From an uncultured Alphaproteobacteria bacterium (GTDB lineage: Bacteria; Pseudomonadota; Alphaproteobacteria; HIMB59; GCA-002718135), in NCBI GenBank assembly GCA_902577425.1, contig CACGZD010000001.1:113860-177859 (forward strand): a stretch of 64,000 nucleotides of DNA. The letters are read 5' to 3'. This document shows positions 30,623 to 41,484 of the stretch, in pieces; within the stretch, counting starts at the first letter, position 1, and the number at the start of each line of letters is the position of its first letter. A program made the translations under genes and the position numbers. The notes under the pieces were generated by a model. It did not search any database and was not told the DNA's origin. It saw only the letters and a list, made by a program, of their open reading frames with translations.

Positions 30623-32260
30623 TTACATATTTGCATAATTAGGCCCCCCTGCTCCTTCAGGTGTAACCCAATTAATATTTTGAGATGGTTCTTTAATATC
30701 ACATGTTTTACAATGGATGCAGTTTTGAGCATTAATTACAAATTTTGGGTTTAACTCTTCAGAATCTTTTTGAATTTCATAAACTCCAGCTGGACAATAT
30801 CTTTGTGAAGGTTCATCATATTTTTCTAAACAATAACTAATTGGTAAGTTGTGATCTTTTAGCTGTAGATGAACAGGTTGGTTTTCTTCATGATTAGTCC
30901 CAGTCAAATAAACAGAGCTAGTTTTATCAAAAGTCAAAATATTATCATACTTTGGATATTGAATTTTTTTAGCTTTATTTGCTGGAATTAAGGTTTCATG
31001 ATCTGCATGAGGATGTTTTAATGTGAAAGGAAGTTTTCCTCTAAAAATAACTTGATCTAAACCTGTAAAAATAATTGCAGGTATTAATCCCCAGTTGAAG
31101 CTTGGTTTGACATTTCTTGCTAAATATAATTCTTTATATGCCCAAGAATTGTTAAATTTTTTTTCATAAGAAGATAAAGGTGTTTTATTTTTAATAAAAT
31201 CATATGCGCTTTCAGCAGCTAAGATTCCACTTTTCATAGCAGTATGTGAACCTTTAATTTTTGGCATATTCAAAGTTCCTGCATCACATCCAATAAGTAA
31301 ACCACCTGGCATATACATTTGAGGCAAACTTTGAATTCCTCCTTCTATTAATGCTCTAGCTCCATAAGATAATCTTTTTCCTCCCTTTAGAAATTTACTA
31401 ATTGCAGAATGTGTTTTAAACTGTTGAAATTCATCATACGGAGATAAATGTGGGTTTTTGTAATCTAATCCAATTACATAGCCAATATAAACTTGATTAT
31501 TTTCTGCATGATAACAAAAACTTCCGCCATATGTTTTATTATCTAATGGCCATCCAGTTGTATGCATCACAAGACCTTCTTCATGATGATTATTATCAAT
31601 TTCCCAAATCTCTTTAAAACCAATACCATACTGCTGAGGAGATTTATTTTTATTAAGTTCGAATTTTTTTATTACCTGCTTACCTAAATGGCCTCTACAG
31701 CCTTCAGCTAATATTGTCACCTTGCCGTGAATTTCTATTCCTGGTTCAAAATTATCTTTTTTATTACCTTCTTTATCTAAACCCATATCACCTGTTTGAA
31801 CACCTTTAAGAGAATTATCAGAATTGTATAATAATTTTGAAGCATCAAATCCGGGGAATATTTCTACTCCTAAACTTTCTGCCTTATCAGCAAGCCATCG
31901 ACATAAATTACCAAGACTAATAATATAATTATTATGATTTTTTTGAACTGAAGGTAATAACCAAGTAGGCCAACTTAAAGATGAATTTTGGCTTAAAAAC
32001 AAAAATTTTTCTTTTGTTACTTTTGTTTTTATTGGAGCTCCTTCTTCCTTCCAAGTAGGTATTAACTCATCAAGAGCTCTGGTTTCAAAAACATTCCCAC
32101 TTAGAATATGTGCACCAACTTCAGAACCTTTTTCTAAAATACAAACTGAAATTTCTGAGTCAAGTTGCCGTAATTTTATCGCTGTAGAAAGTCCTGCTGG
32201 ACCAGCTCCAACAATCACAACATCATATTCCATTATTTCTCTTTTTATTTCCTCAGCCAT
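30623..32260 (-). CDS. Electron-transfer flavoprotein:ubiquinone oxidoreductase
   Basis: FAD motif VVIVGAGPAGLS and the C-terminal 4Fe-4S cluster region (CPAGVYE...CIHCKTCDIK). ~545 aa. Confidence 0.93.
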   Translation of the reverse strand: MAEEIKREIMEYDVVIVGAGPAGLSTAIKLRQLDSEISVCILEKGSEVGAHILSGNVFETRALDELIPTWKEEGAPIKTKVTKEKFLFLSQNSSLSWPTWLLPSVQKNHNNYIISLGNLCRWLADKAESLGVEIFPGFDASKLLYNSDNSLKGVQTGDMGLDKEGNKKDNFEPGIEIHGKVTILAEGCRGHLGKQVIKKFELNKNKSPQQYGIGFKEIWEIDNNHHEEGLVMHTTGWPLDNKTYGGSFCYHAENNQVYIGYVIGLDYKNPHLSPYDEFQQFKTHSAISKFLKGGKRLSYGARALIEGGIQSLPQMYMPGGLLIGCDAGTLNMPKIKGSHTAMKSGILAAESAYDFIKNKTPLSSYEKKFNNSWAYKELYLARNVKPSFNWGLIPAIIFTGLDQVIFRGKLPFTLKHPHADHETLIPANKAKKIQYPKYDNILTFDKTSSVYLTGTNHEENQPVHLQLKDHNLPISYCLEKYDEPSQRYCPAGVYEIQKDSEELNPKFVINAQNCIHCKTCDIKEPSQNINWVTPEGAGGPNYANM

Positions 32261-32286
32261 TAAAAATGGATATTTATTGTAAAATT

Positions 32287-33240
32287 CTACTTCTGGATAG
32301 TATTTAATTTATCTAATTCAGAAGATAATTGTGGTATTGCTTCAAATAAATCTGCACACAATCCATAGTCAGCAACATTAAAAATAGGAGCTTCTTCATC
32401 TTTATTGATTGCTACAATAATTTTACTCTCTTTCATACCTGCAAGATGCTGAATAGCTCCGGATATTCCAACAGCGATATACAAATCTGGAACAACAACT
32501 TTACCTGTTTGGCCAACTTGAGAATCATTGCTTATGTATCCTGCATCTACTGCTGCTCTTGAAGCACCAATCGCTGCATTTAATTTATCTGCAATTTTAT
32601 TTAATAAAGAAAAATTTTCTGCACTTCCTAATCCTCTTCCTCCTGAAATAACAACTCTTGCAGATCCGAGTTCAGGTCTATCAGATTTAGTTTCTTCTCT
32701 TCCCATAAATTCAACATTACTAATATCAATATCCAAGTCTAGCTTTTGAATCTCTCCATTCCCGCCCTCCTTAGAAACTGCATCAAAAGAAGTTGGACGA
32801 ACAGTAATAACTTTTTTTGAATCTTGTGATTGAACTGTAGCTAGTGCGTTACCAGCATAAATTGGTCTTACAAAAGTATCTTTTCCTTCAATTTTTATTA
32901 TATCACTAATTTGAGCAACATCTAATATAGCCGCAACACGAGGCATAATGTTTTTTCCAAAAGTTGATGCTGGAGCTAAAATATGAGTATATTCTTCTGC
33001 ACAAGAAGTAATTATCTTTGATATATTTTCGGCAATCGGATTTTGAAATTTTGTATCATCAATTAGTAAAATTTTTTTTATGTATTGAGTATTTGACAAT
33101 TCACTAGTTACGTTATTACAGTCTGATCCAACTACAAGAACATCTATATTTTGATCTATCTGCGATGCTGCATTAATAGTACTAAATGTTGAAGCTTTTA
33201 CATTTTCATTATTATGCTCAGCTATTACAAGTATTTTCAT
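32287..33240 (-). CDS. etfA: Electron transfer flavoprotein, alpha subunit
   Basis: C-terminal FAD-binding signature (GASRAAVDAGY...QVGQTGKVVVPDLYIAVGISGAIQHLAGM). Confidence 0.94.
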   Translation of the reverse strand: MKILVIAEHNNENVKASTFSTINAASQIDQNIDVLVVGSDCNNVTSELSNTQYIKKILLIDDTKFQNPIAENISKIITSCAEEYTHILAPASTFGKNIMPRVAAILDVAQISDIIKIEGKDTFVRPIYAGNALATVQSQDSKKVITVRPTSFDAVSKEGGNGEIQKLDLDIDISNVEFMGREETKSDRPELGSARVVISGGRGLGSAENFSLLNKIADKLNAAIGASRAAVDAGYISNDSQVGQTGKVVVPDLYIAVGISGAIQHLAGMKESKIIVAINKDEEAPIFNVADYGLCADLFEAIPQLSSELDKLNTIQK

Positions 33241-33989
33241 TAAATTACCTTTGCTTCATTTTTAAGTTTTTGCACAAGTTCTGCTACGTCAGCAACCATA
33301 ATACCTTTACTTCTTTTTGGTGGCTCAATAACTTTCAGTTGTTTTAATCTTGGAGTAATATCAATGCCAAGTTCTTCTGCAGATAAACTTTCTATTGGTT
33401 TCTTTTTTGCCTTCATAATGTTCGGAAGAGAGGCATATCTTGGTTCATTTAATCTTAAATCACAAGTTGCTACAATTGGTAAAGGCATTTTTATTGTTTC
33501 CAAACCCTCATCAATTTCACGAGTAACTTTTATATTATCACCATCTATTTCAATTTTTGAGGCAAAGGTTGCTTGTGTCCAATTTAATTTTGCTGAAACC
33601 ATCTGACCTGTTTGATTGCTATCATCATCAATCGCTTGTTTACCCATTAGAATTAATTGCGGTTTCTCTTTATCTACAATTTTCTCAATTATTTTAGCTA
33701 CTCCTAAAGGTTCAGTATCATTTGATGCCTTAACATAAATACCTCTATCAGCACCCATCGCAAGAGCAGTACGTATAGTTTCTTGAGATTTTTCTTCTCC
33801 AATTGATAAAATTATTATTTCGTCAGCTTTTCCTGCTTCTTTTATTCTTAAAGCCTCTTCCACAGCATTTTCATCAGGAGGATTCATAGACATTTTAACA
33901 TTATCAGTTTCAACACCTGATTGATCACTTTTAACTCTTATTTGAACATTGTAATCAATAACTCTTTTTACAGTAACTAATATTTTCAT
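33240..33989 (-). CDS. etfB: Electron transfer flavoprotein, beta subunit
   Basis: [19 protein letters not shown]..., [15 protein letters not shown]. 1-nt overlap with etfA. Confidence 0.94.
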   Translation of the reverse strand: MKILVTVKRVIDYNVQIRVKSDQSGVETDNVKMSMNPPDENAVEEALRIKEAGKADEIIILSIGEEKSQETIRTALAMGADRGIYVKASNDTEPLGVAKIIEKIVDKEKPQLILMGKQAIDDDSNQTGQMVSAKLNWTQATFASKIEIDGDNIKVTREIDEGLETIKMPLPIVATCDLRLNEPRYASLPNIMKAKKKPIESLSAEELGIDITPRLKQLKVIEPPKRSKGIMVADVAELVQKLKNEAKVI

Positions 33990-33993
33990 ATAA

Positions 33994-36426
33994 TTAAGCT
34001 CTAATTAAATCATTATTTGGATCATAAGGACTATCTTCAATCACTTTAACAGGATGTATTTTTCCTAAAATATCCATACTTAACTCTGTACCCACTTTTG
34101 CATATTTAGGTTCAACCATAGCAATTGCAAGAGATTTTTGCACTCTAAATCCATAGTTACCTCCTGTCGCACGTCCTACAACCTTTTCATCTTTGTAAAT
34201 TGGATTATTTCCCAACGCATCTGCATCTTCGATATCCATCACTTCCAAAGTAACTAGTTTATTTTTAAAACCTTTTTGTTGCCATGCTACTAGTTCATCT
34301 CGACCTATAAAATTACCTTTATTTAGGTGTATAAATCTATCTAAGCCCGATTCGAGAGGAGAATATTCTATCGACATCTCTGTTCCTACTAATTTATAAG
34401 TTTTTTCAATTCTTAAACTATCCATTGCTCTAATACCAAATGGTTTTAGACTAAACTCTTCTCCAGCTTTCATAAGTACATCAAATATATGATTTTGGTA
34501 TTCAATAGGATGATGAAGTTCCCAGCCTAGCTCTCCAACAAAATTCATTCTCATCGCTATTGTTGGCGCTAATCCAACTTCAATTTTTTTGGATGAAAGC
34601 CATGGAAAATTTGAGTTAGAAAAATCAGTTTTTGATACTTTTTTCATTAAATCTCTAGCTTTAGGTCCCGCAACTACAAGCACCCCAATGCTGTTAGTTA
34701 AATTTTCAAAAGTAACTGATCTATCCTTTGGCATCCATTTCTTGATCCAATCATGATCTAATCTTTGAAAAGCTCCTGCTGAAACAATATAAAAAGAATC
34801 ATTTTTTTCTTTAGCAATAGTGTATTCAGATAGTACTCCTCCTTTGGTATTCAACGCATGACAAAGATTAACTCTTCCATCTTTTTTAGGAATTTTGTTT
34901 GCTACTAAATTATCTAAAAAACTCTCTGCCCCAGGACCTGATATTCTACACTTAGCAAATGCAGACATGTCAAGCAATCCAACATTTTGTTGAACATTTT
35001 TACATTCATTACCAACATGTTCAAACCACTTTGATCTTCTAAACGACCAATCATCTTTTTGCTCGACCCCTTTTGGAGCAAACCAATTTGCTCTTTCCCA
35101 ACCAAACTTTTGACCAAACACAGCTCCTAAATTTTTTAATCTATCATAGCAAGGAGGCTGTCTTAATGGTCTTGCGGCCTCTCTTTCTTCATCAGGATAA
35201 TGAATGGTAAATACATTGCTATATGCTTCTTCATTTTTTTCTATAAGATAAGATTTTGAAACATAGTCTCCGTATCTTCTAGGTTCAACACCAAGCATAT
35301 CAACAGTTGGTTCTCCATCTATTATCCATTCAGATAATTGCCAACCCGCTCCCCCTGCTGCAGTAATTCCAAAACTATGACCCTCATTTATCCAAAAATT
35401 TTTTAACCCCCATGCTGGTCCAACTATAGGATTTCCATCAGGAGTATAACATATAGCTCCATTATATACCTTTTTAACGCCTACTTCTCCAAAAGCAGGC
35501 ACACGATGAATTGCACCTTCAATATGAGGAGTAAGCCTCTCTAAGTCTTCCTGAAATAATTCATACTCTGAATCTTTTGAAGGTCCATCAACATAACAAC
35601 ATGGTGCGCCCTTCTCGTATGGCCCCAGTATTAATCCTCCCGCTTCTTCTCTCATATACCACTGGGTATCACTATCTCTGAGCACACCCATTTCAGGTTT
35701 TCCTTCTTTTTTTCTTTTTACAATTTCTGGATGAGGTTCAGTAACTATATACTGATGCTCTACAGGAATTACAGGAATATCTAAACCAACCATAGCTCCA
35801 GTTTGTCTTGCAAAATTTCCTGTACACGAAACTATATGTTCACATTCAATTGTATTTTTATCTGTTTCAACAACCCAACCATTTGAAGTTTGTTTAATTC
35901 CAACTACACTAGTATTTCTGTAAATTTCAGCTCCTCTATTTCTAGCACCTGTAGCAAGGGCTTGAGTTAGATCAGCAGGCTGAATATAACCATCTTCAGG
36001 ATGCTGAATAGCTCCAATTAATCCTTCAATGTTACATAAAGGCCAAATTTCTTTTACTTGTTCTGGAGTAAGGAATTTTACTTCAACTCCAATGGTTTTA
36101 GCAACACCTGCATACTGATGATATTCATCCATTCTATCTTTATTGCTTGCTAACCTAATATTAGATACAACACTAAAACCAACGTTTTGACCTGTCTCTT
36201 CTTCTAAAGTTTTATAAAAATTTACTGCATATTTATGCAACTGACCTACAGAATAGCTCATATTAAATAAAGGAAGCAATCCTGCTGCATGCCATGTCGA
36301 TCCAGATGTTAATTCCTTTCTCTCAATAAGGACAACATCAGACCATCCTTTTTTAGCTAGATGGTAAAGAGTGCTAACTCCTACAACTCCCCCTCCAATA
36401 ACTACAACCTTAGTTTTACTTTTCAT
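33994..36426 (-). CDS. Dimethylglycine/sarcosine dehydrogenase family protein (FAD oxidoreductase fused to GcvT-like folate domain)
   Basis: N-terminal DAO-type FAD motif [13 protein letters not shown]...STWHAAGL and a C-terminal aminomethyltransferase-type domain. 810 aa. Directly upstream of etfBA and ETF-QO on the same strand. Confidence 0.87.
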   Translation of the reverse strand: MKSKTKVVVIGGGVVGVSTLYHLAKKGWSDVVLIERKELTSGSTWHAAGLLPLFNMSYSVGQLHKYAVNFYKTLEEETGQNVGFSVVSNIRLASNKDRMDEYHQYAGVAKTIGVEVKFLTPEQVKEIWPLCNIEGLIGAIQHPEDGYIQPADLTQALATGARNRGAEIYRNTSVVGIKQTSNGWVVETDKNTIECEHIVSCTGNFARQTGAMVGLDIPVIPVEHQYIVTEPHPEIVKRKKEGKPEMGVLRDSDTQWYMREEAGGLILGPYEKGAPCCYVDGPSKDSEYELFQEDLERLTPHIEGAIHRVPAFGEVGVKKVYNGAICYTPDGNPIVGPAWGLKNFWINEGHSFGITAAGGAGWQLSEWIIDGEPTVDMLGVEPRRYGDYVSKSYLIEKNEEAYSNVFTIHYPDEEREAARPLRQPPCYDRLKNLGAVFGQKFGWERANWFAPKGVEQKDDWSFRRSKWFEHVGNECKNVQQNVGLLDMSAFAKCRISGPGAESFLDNLVANKIPKKDGRVNLCHALNTKGGVLSEYTIAKEKNDSFYIVSAGAFQRLDHDWIKKWMPKDRSVTFENLTNSIGVLVVAGPKARDLMKKVSKTDFSNSNFPWLSSKKIEVGLAPTIAMRMNFVGELGWELHHPIEYQNHIFDVLMKAGEEFSLKPFGIRAMDSLRIEKTYKLVGTEMSIEYSPLESGLDRFIHLNKGNFIGRDELVAWQQKGFKNKLVTLEVMDIEDADALGNNPIYKDEKVVGRATGGNYGFRVQKSLAIAMVEPKYAKVGTELSMDILGKIHPVKVIEDSPYDPNNDLIRA

Positions 36427-36482
36427 AATTGATAAAAAAAATTCTGTACTTCTCTAATCACATTAACTAATGTGGGTCAATC

Positions 36483-37106
36483 ATGAGATTGTCACTTAGG
36501 GTATTTTTTCTAGTATTCTTTTTTTCTGTCACATCATTTAGTGGCAAAGCTGAGATCACCCTAAAAGATCTAATTTTTGATGATAGCAAGCCTTATCACA
36601 TAAAGATATTAGAAACACTTCCAAAGAATGCTATTATTCAAGTTGGACCAGATAATGCCAAACATACTGTTATAGAGTTTTTTGATTATTTTTGTGGATA
36701 CTGCAAAAAAATTCATCCTGAATTAATTAACTTAGCTAATTCTAGAGACGATGTTAGAGTAGTTTTTTTACAGCATCCAATTCTCAATGAAAGTTCTAAT
36801 GTAATTGCCAGATTTGCTATTGCTGCAAATATGCAAGGAAAAGGTATTGAATTTCATAATGAAATTTTTTCAATAGAAGGTTCAATCACTCATGAAAAAT
36901 TAAAAGAAGCAGTAGTTAAGTCAGGAGTAAACCAAATTAAATTTCAAATCGACTTAGAAAAAGATGAAGTGGATAAATTAATTGCTTTATCTTCCTTTAT
37001 AGCAGGAGGATCAGGAGCTAGAGGAACGCCTTCTATGTTTGTAAATGAATTTTTTTACCCTGGGTATCTATCAAAAGCTAGAATTGAAAGTATTTTAAAT
37101 CAATAA
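36483..37106 (+). CDS. DsbA-family periplasmic thiol:disulfide oxidoreductase
   Basis: Signal peptide, thioredoxin-fold active site FFDYFCGYCKK and a C-terminal GTPSMFVN motif. Confidence 0.76.
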   Translation: MRLSLRVFFLVFFFSVTSFSGKAEITLKDLIFDDSKPYHIKILETLPKNAIIQVGPDNAKHTVIEFFDYFCGYCKKIHPELINLANSRDDVRVVFLQHPILNESSNVIARFAIAANMQGKGIEFHNEIFSIEGSITHEKLKEAVVKSGVNQIKFQIDLEKDEVDKLIALSSFIAGGSGARGTPSMFVNEFFYPGYLSKARIESILNQ

Positions 37107-37131
37107 GCCCCTAATTAAATTATTAGGAGCT
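37106..37131. terminator. Hairpin between convergent dsbA-like and dmdA-like genes (10-bp stem with one mismatch, 6-nt loop)
   Basis: AGCCCCTAAT-taaatt-ATTAGGAGCT, read from the sequence. It starts at the last base of the dsbA-like stop codon and lies 22 nt from the other gene end. There are no long U-tracts, so assignment as an intrinsic terminator is tentative. Confidence 0.45.
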
Positions 37132-37153
37132 TATAAAAATTAAATTATAAATC

Positions 37154-38509
37154 TTAAGCTTTTGAAACTTCTCTGGTGTTAGCGTTGTAAGATTCAGTAA
37201 ATGGAATAGAAACAACTTCAGCATCTACTGGAACACCTGGTGAGTCAGCATATTCATCTGGAAGATGAACTTTAAATTTTTGTCCAACTTTACCAATTGG
37301 AAAACCATTATTACTAAGAGTTCCATCAAAAGGCACATAACCCATAGCAATATTTCTTTTTTGTTCTGGATGGTACCATGGAGAAGTAACATAACCACAA
37401 GGATCCCCTCCTTCAGCAGGAGAAATTAACCAAAAATCAGGAGCATATTCCTCTATTGGTTTTCCACCTAATACCATTCCCACTAACTGAAGTTTGTAAG
37501 GTTTATTTCCTGCTGAAATTTCCTTTTTCATTTTTTCTAGAGCTTCTTTACCAATATAGTCAGCAGATTTATTCCATTCTCCTACACCAGAAAGAGATAC
37601 CTGATATCCTAGGTTGCATTGAAAAGGATTATGTTGATTATCCATATCCTGGCCCCATGATAAAATTCCAGCTTGAATTCTTCTATGGTGAGCAGGAGCA
37701 ATTACCATTAAATTATGTTTTTTACCTGCTTCCAAAACAGCATTCCACATGTCATCTGCATAGAGAGTTGCATCATAAAGATATATTTCAAAGCCTGCTG
37801 CTCCAGAAAATCCTGTTTGAGAAATTACACATTTTCTTCCTCCAACATTTGCTTCAGCTAAACCATAAAAAGGCATACCATCAATATCTACTTGATCACC
37901 AATTAAATCTTTCATTAATGCGTGAGCTTTAGGGCCTTGAATTTGAACTGGACAAACATCAATTTCATCAATTTCAACATCAAATTTTTTGTCGTGATTA
38001 ACTCCCTGTAAGTATAATCCAATATCAGAGTCAGACAATGAAAACCAAAATTCATCTTTTGCTACTCTTAAAAGGATAGGATCATTTAAAACGCCACCCA
38101 TATGATTACAAAGAATAACATATCTAGCTGCTCTCACAGATCCATCAGCTTTCATAACTGGTATTCTTGTTGCATCACGGGTAATAACATAATCAGTAAA
38201 TGCTTCAGCATCAGGACCCTTAACTTGTATTTGTCTTTCAACAGCCACATTCCACATAGTTACGTGATTTTTTATAGCTTCATATTCAACCATTGCTCCA
38301 CCATCTTCAGGTTTAACATACCCTCTAGGGTGGTAGACGCGATTATAAACAGTTGCTCTCCAGCAACCTGCTTCCATAGATAAGTGCCAATATGGAGATT
38401 TTCTTACTCTGGTAGAAATCAACATCTGCACAGGAGTTGGTCCACTTTGACGAAGATTATATGGTACTTTTCTGTCAGACTGGTCAACTGTTGTAACATG
38501 CTTAGTCAT
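37154..38509 (-). CDS. GcvT-family, DmdA-like tetrahydrofolate-dependent aminomethyltransferase/demethylase (substrate unknown)
   Basis: Block-by-block resemblance to DMSP demethylase DmdA: VRKSPYW, VYNRVYHP, MWNVAVERQIQVKGPDA, GGVLNDPILLRVAKDEFWFSLSDSD, FDVEIDEIDVCPVQIQGPKA, GFSGAAGFEIYL, GILSWGQDM. It is ~80 aa longer than the DmdA I recall. Strong AAGGAG RBS. Confidence 0.8.
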   Translation of the reverse strand: MTKHVTTVDQSDRKVPYNLRQSGPTPVQMLISTRVRKSPYWHLSMEAGCWRATVYNRVYHPRGYVKPEDGGAMVEYEAIKNHVTMWNVAVERQIQVKGPDAEAFTDYVITRDATRIPVMKADGSVRAARYVILCNHMGGVLNDPILLRVAKDEFWFSLSDSDIGLYLQGVNHDKKFDVEIDEIDVCPVQIQGPKAHALMKDLIGDQVDIDGMPFYGLAEANVGGRKCVISQTGFSGAAGFEIYLYDATLYADDMWNAVLEAGKKHNLMVIAPAHHRRIQAGILSWGQDMDNQHNPFQCNLGYQVSLSGVGEWNKSADYIGKEALEKMKKEISAGNKPYKLQLVGMVLGGKPIEEYAPDFWLISPAEGGDPCGYVTSPWYHPEQKRNIAMGYVPFDGTLSNNGFPIGKVGQKFKVHLPDEYADSPGVPVDAEVVSIPFTESYNANTREVSKA

Positions 38510-38672
38510 GCTTAGCTCCTTATAAATAATTATATCAGTGTGCGGTATCTAAACTTCTTTTTGAACGCAATAATAAATTTGATTTTTGTGAAATAATTTG
38601 GGGACTTAAAAATCCTAAATTGGTCTTTCTTAGGCCATTTTTTTGACATTAAAAAATTATATGTGTTGCTTT

Positions 38673-39584
38673 ATGGCAATATATAATAAATTTTTATTAA
38701 TTATTACATTTTTTTTTCTTTATTCTTGTTCAGCTAGCTACGAAAAACTCAATAATTCAAACTTTTCTCCACCTAATGATTTTTCTAATCACCTTTTTGA
38801 TATGTATAAGGAAAAAGCTATTTTTGAAGCTAAAAAAATGCATGATTGGAACTCTGCGAAACTTTACTCTGAGAAAGCTCTGGATGCAGCTGAAGGAAAA
38901 AAGATAGTGCCTGAAAATATCAACTATTGGAAAATACCAAAGAAACATCACACTCAAATAAAATTGGCTTATGATAATTTGATGTCAATTTATGAACCTG
39001 CTTTAATTCATGATCCTTATAATCTTGCAAAAGCTATTAGTTCTCTTGATTGTTGGTCTGAACAACAAGAAGAAAATTGGCAAACATGGGATATCAATAA
39101 TTGTAAAGATAATTTTATAGAGTCAATGCATAAAATATATGAAAATTTACTAAAAAATGAAAAAGAAGAAAAGAAAAACTCTCAAGAAAAAAATAATGAA
39201 AATATCAATAAAGTTGAATCGAATGCAACTTTAGTTACAGAAGATATAAATAGTAATATTTTACAAATAATCTATTTTGATTTTGATAAATCTGAATTAT
39301 CCTCAATTAGTAAAAAAGAAATTAAACAATTTTTAGAAAAATACAAAAATATCATTAGTAATTTTTTAATTGTTGGTCATACTGATACCAAGGGAACAAA
39401 AGAGTATAACTATAAACTTTCAATAGAAAGAGCAAATGTGGTTAAAAATTTATTAATAGATTTAGGAATAAAAGAGAAAAATATTAAAATTTTAGGTAAG
39501 GGTGAAATTGATTTAAGTATCAAAACTAATGATGAAGTTCCTCATCCAGCAAATAGAAGGGCAGAAATCAGCCCTATAAATTAG
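38673..39584 (+). CDS. OmpA-domain lipoprotein
   Basis: I prefer ATG 38673 (MAIYNKFLLIITFFFLYSC, lipobox LYSC) over the TTG at 38643. C-terminal OmpA domain (IYFDFDKSEL, VGHTDTKGTKEYNYKLSIERA, NRRAEI). Confidence 0.76.
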   Translation: MAIYNKFLLIITFFFLYSCSASYEKLNNSNFSPPNDFSNHLFDMYKEKAIFEAKKMHDWNSAKLYSEKALDAAEGKKIVPENINYWKIPKKHHTQIKLAYDNLMSIYEPALIHDPYNLAKAISSLDCWSEQQEENWQTWDINNCKDNFIESMHKIYENLLKNEKEEKKNSQEKNNENINKVESNATLVTEDINSNILQIIYFDFDKSELSSISKKEIKQFLEKYKNIISNFLIVGHTDTKGTKEYNYKLSIERANVVKNLLIDLGIKEKNIKILGKGEIDLSIKTNDEVPHPANRRAEISPIN

Positions 39585-39629
39585 CTTCTATAAGACTTTA
39601 ACTTGGTGTAATAGGAAGTTGAATTTTCA

Positions 39630-40022
39630 ATGTATACTAAAACAACAAAAAAAATTTCTATTACGGTTAATCCATATTATTTAGAAGATCAATCAGAACC
39701 AGATGACCAACATTATGTTTGGGCTTATCAAGTAACAATAAATAATCTAGGAGAAGAGCGTGTACAATTAAAAAATCGATATTGGAAAATTATTGATAGT
39801 AACGGAGAAAAACAAGAGGTTAGAGGTGAAGGAGTTGTTGGGGAGCAACCTATTCTTAATCCAGGTGAAAAATATGAATATACAAGTGGAACTCCTTTAG
39901 CTACTCCCTCAGGATTTATGGAAGGTCATTATGAAATGGAAACAAAAAATGGTTTTATATTTGAAGCTTCAATACCCTTATTTTCTCTAGATAGTCCTTT
40001 TACTTCTACAAAATTAAATTAA
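39630..40022 (+). CDS. apaG: ApaG (DUF525) protein
   Basis: Canonical ApaG pattern: YVWAYQVTINNLGEERVQLKNRYWKIIDSNG, VRGEGVVGEQPIL.PGE.YEYTSG. Confidence 0.88.
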   Translation: MYTKTTKKISITVNPYYLEDQSEPDDQHYVWAYQVTINNLGEERVQLKNRYWKIIDSNGEKQEVRGEGVVGEQPILNPGEKYEYTSGTPLATPSGFMEGHYEMETKNGFIFEASIPLFSLDSPFTSTKLN

Positions 40023-40032
40023 AAAAATTTAA

Positions 40033-41481
40033 ATGAGAGATTTTCGCTCAGTAATTCATATCATCGGCTTGTTACTTTGTATAGAAGCAATAGCAATGAC
40101 AATACCAATGATAACAGACTTGATTTATAAAAATGAAGATTGGGATGAATTTTTACTATCTTCATTAATCACTTTTTTTATTGGCTTAGTATTATATTAT
40201 TCATTTCGAAAAGAAAAAATAATTATCAAAGTAAGGCAAGCTTTTGTTCTAACTTTTTTGTCTTGGATAGTGATTGCAATTTTTGCCTCAATACCTTTCG
40301 TATTTACCTCTGCTAATTTAAATTATTCAGATTCTTTTTTTGAGTCAATAAGTGGAATAACAACAACTGGAGCAACAGTTATAAAAAATTTAGATGATCT
40401 TCACCATGGAATTTTAATCTGGAGAGCTTTATTGCAATGGTTTGGTGGAATTGGAATAATTGTTTTAGCTATGGCAATTTTACCAACTCTTCAGATTGGT
40501 GGAATGCAATTACTTCACATGGAGCATGATGATCCATATGAGAAGACTCTACCTAAAATAAATCAGTTTGTAATAGAGATTTTTTTACTTTATTCTTTTT
40601 TAACTCTACTTTGTGCAATTCTATATTATCTATTAGGAATGAGTGGTTTTGATGCAATTACTCATTCAATGACCACAATTTCTACTGGGGGTTTTTCTAA
40701 TCACAACTCTTCTTTTAGTTTTTTTAACTCTCAGAATATTGAAATAATCAGTGTAGTGTTTATGATTATTGGAAGCTTGCCATTTGTAGTTTTTTTAAAA
40801 TTTATACATGGAGAAAAAAAATCCATATATAGTGATGATCAAATTAAACTATTTTTTTCAATATTATTTTTTTTAGTAATTATAACTAGTTTCTGGTTAT
40901 ATTATAATTACTATTTTAATTTTAGTTATTCATTCAGATTAGCTATATTTAATATAACTTCAATACTAACCGGAACTGGTTATGTGAGTACAAATTATAA
41001 TTTATGGGGAGGATTTGGTTTTGTAATAATGATAATAATAATGTTTATTGGAGGATGCGCAGGCTCTACAACTGGAGGTATTAAGATTTTTCGCCTTTTA
41101 CTTTTATTCAGAGGAGCAAAAGTTCAAATTAAAAAATTAACTCAACCTCATGGAGTATTCATTACTTCTTTTAATGGACGGTCAGTAAATGATGATACTT
41201 ATAATTCTATTATGGGATTCTTTTTTATTTATATATTAATTTTTATATTAGCCTCCATATCTTTAAGTTTTTTTAATTTAGACTTTTTAACTGCATTTTC
41301 TGCCTCAGCTTCAGCTATCTCTAATGTTGGACCTGGCCTTGGAGATATTATTGGCCCTCAAGGAAATTATAGCTCCTTACCTATAGGTGCAAAATGGATT
41401 TTATCTTTTACAATGCTTATCGGAAGGCTAGAGTTATTTACTTTTTTAGTAATATTATCTGTTACTTTTTGGAAAAAATAA
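40033..41481 (+). CDS. trkH: Trk-type potassium uptake protein TrkH
   Basis: ~482 aa polytopic protein with TrkH selectivity-filter-like repeats (SGITTTGATV, TISTGGFSN, LTGTGYVS, NVGPGLG). Confidence 0.88.
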   Translation: MRDFRSVIHIIGLLLCIEAIAMTIPMITDLIYKNEDWDEFLLSSLITFFIGLVLYYSFRKEKIIIKVRQAFVLTFLSWIVIAIFASIPFVFTSANLNYSDSFFESISGITTTGATVIKNLDDLHHGILIWRALLQWFGGIGIIVLAMAILPTLQIGGMQLLHMEHDDPYEKTLPKINQFVIEIFLLYSFLTLLCAILYYLLGMSGFDAITHSMTTISTGGFSNHNSSFSFFNSQNIEIISVVFMIIGSLPFVVFLKFIHGEKKSIYSDDQIKLFFSILFFLVIITSFWLYYNYYFNFSYSFRLAIFNITSILTGTGYVSTNYNLWGGFGFVIMIIIMFIGGCAGSTTGGIKIFRLLLLFRGAKVQIKKLTQPHGVFITSFNGRSVNDDTYNSIMGFFFIYILIFILASISLSFFNLDFLTAFSASASAISNVGPGLGDIIGPQGNYSSLPIGAKWILSFTMLIGRLELFTFLVILSVTFWKK

Positions 41482-41484
41482 ATA

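Noticed and set aside
37456-38383. Two long plus-strand ORFs (158 aa and 93 aa) inside the dmdA-like gene.
   Set aside because: They are antisense to a strongly supported CDS and their translations are implausible (H/L/Q/F-rich with no motifs). They most likely arise because this gene is less AT-rich, so antisense stop codons are rarer.
38510-38672. Possible riboswitch in the ~160-nt leader of the dmdA-like gene.
   Set aside because: I found only short AT-rich stems (for example CCTAA...TTAGG). I found no match to the glycine, SAM or THF riboswitch cores as I remember them. The region is kept only as a note inside the dmdA-like finding.
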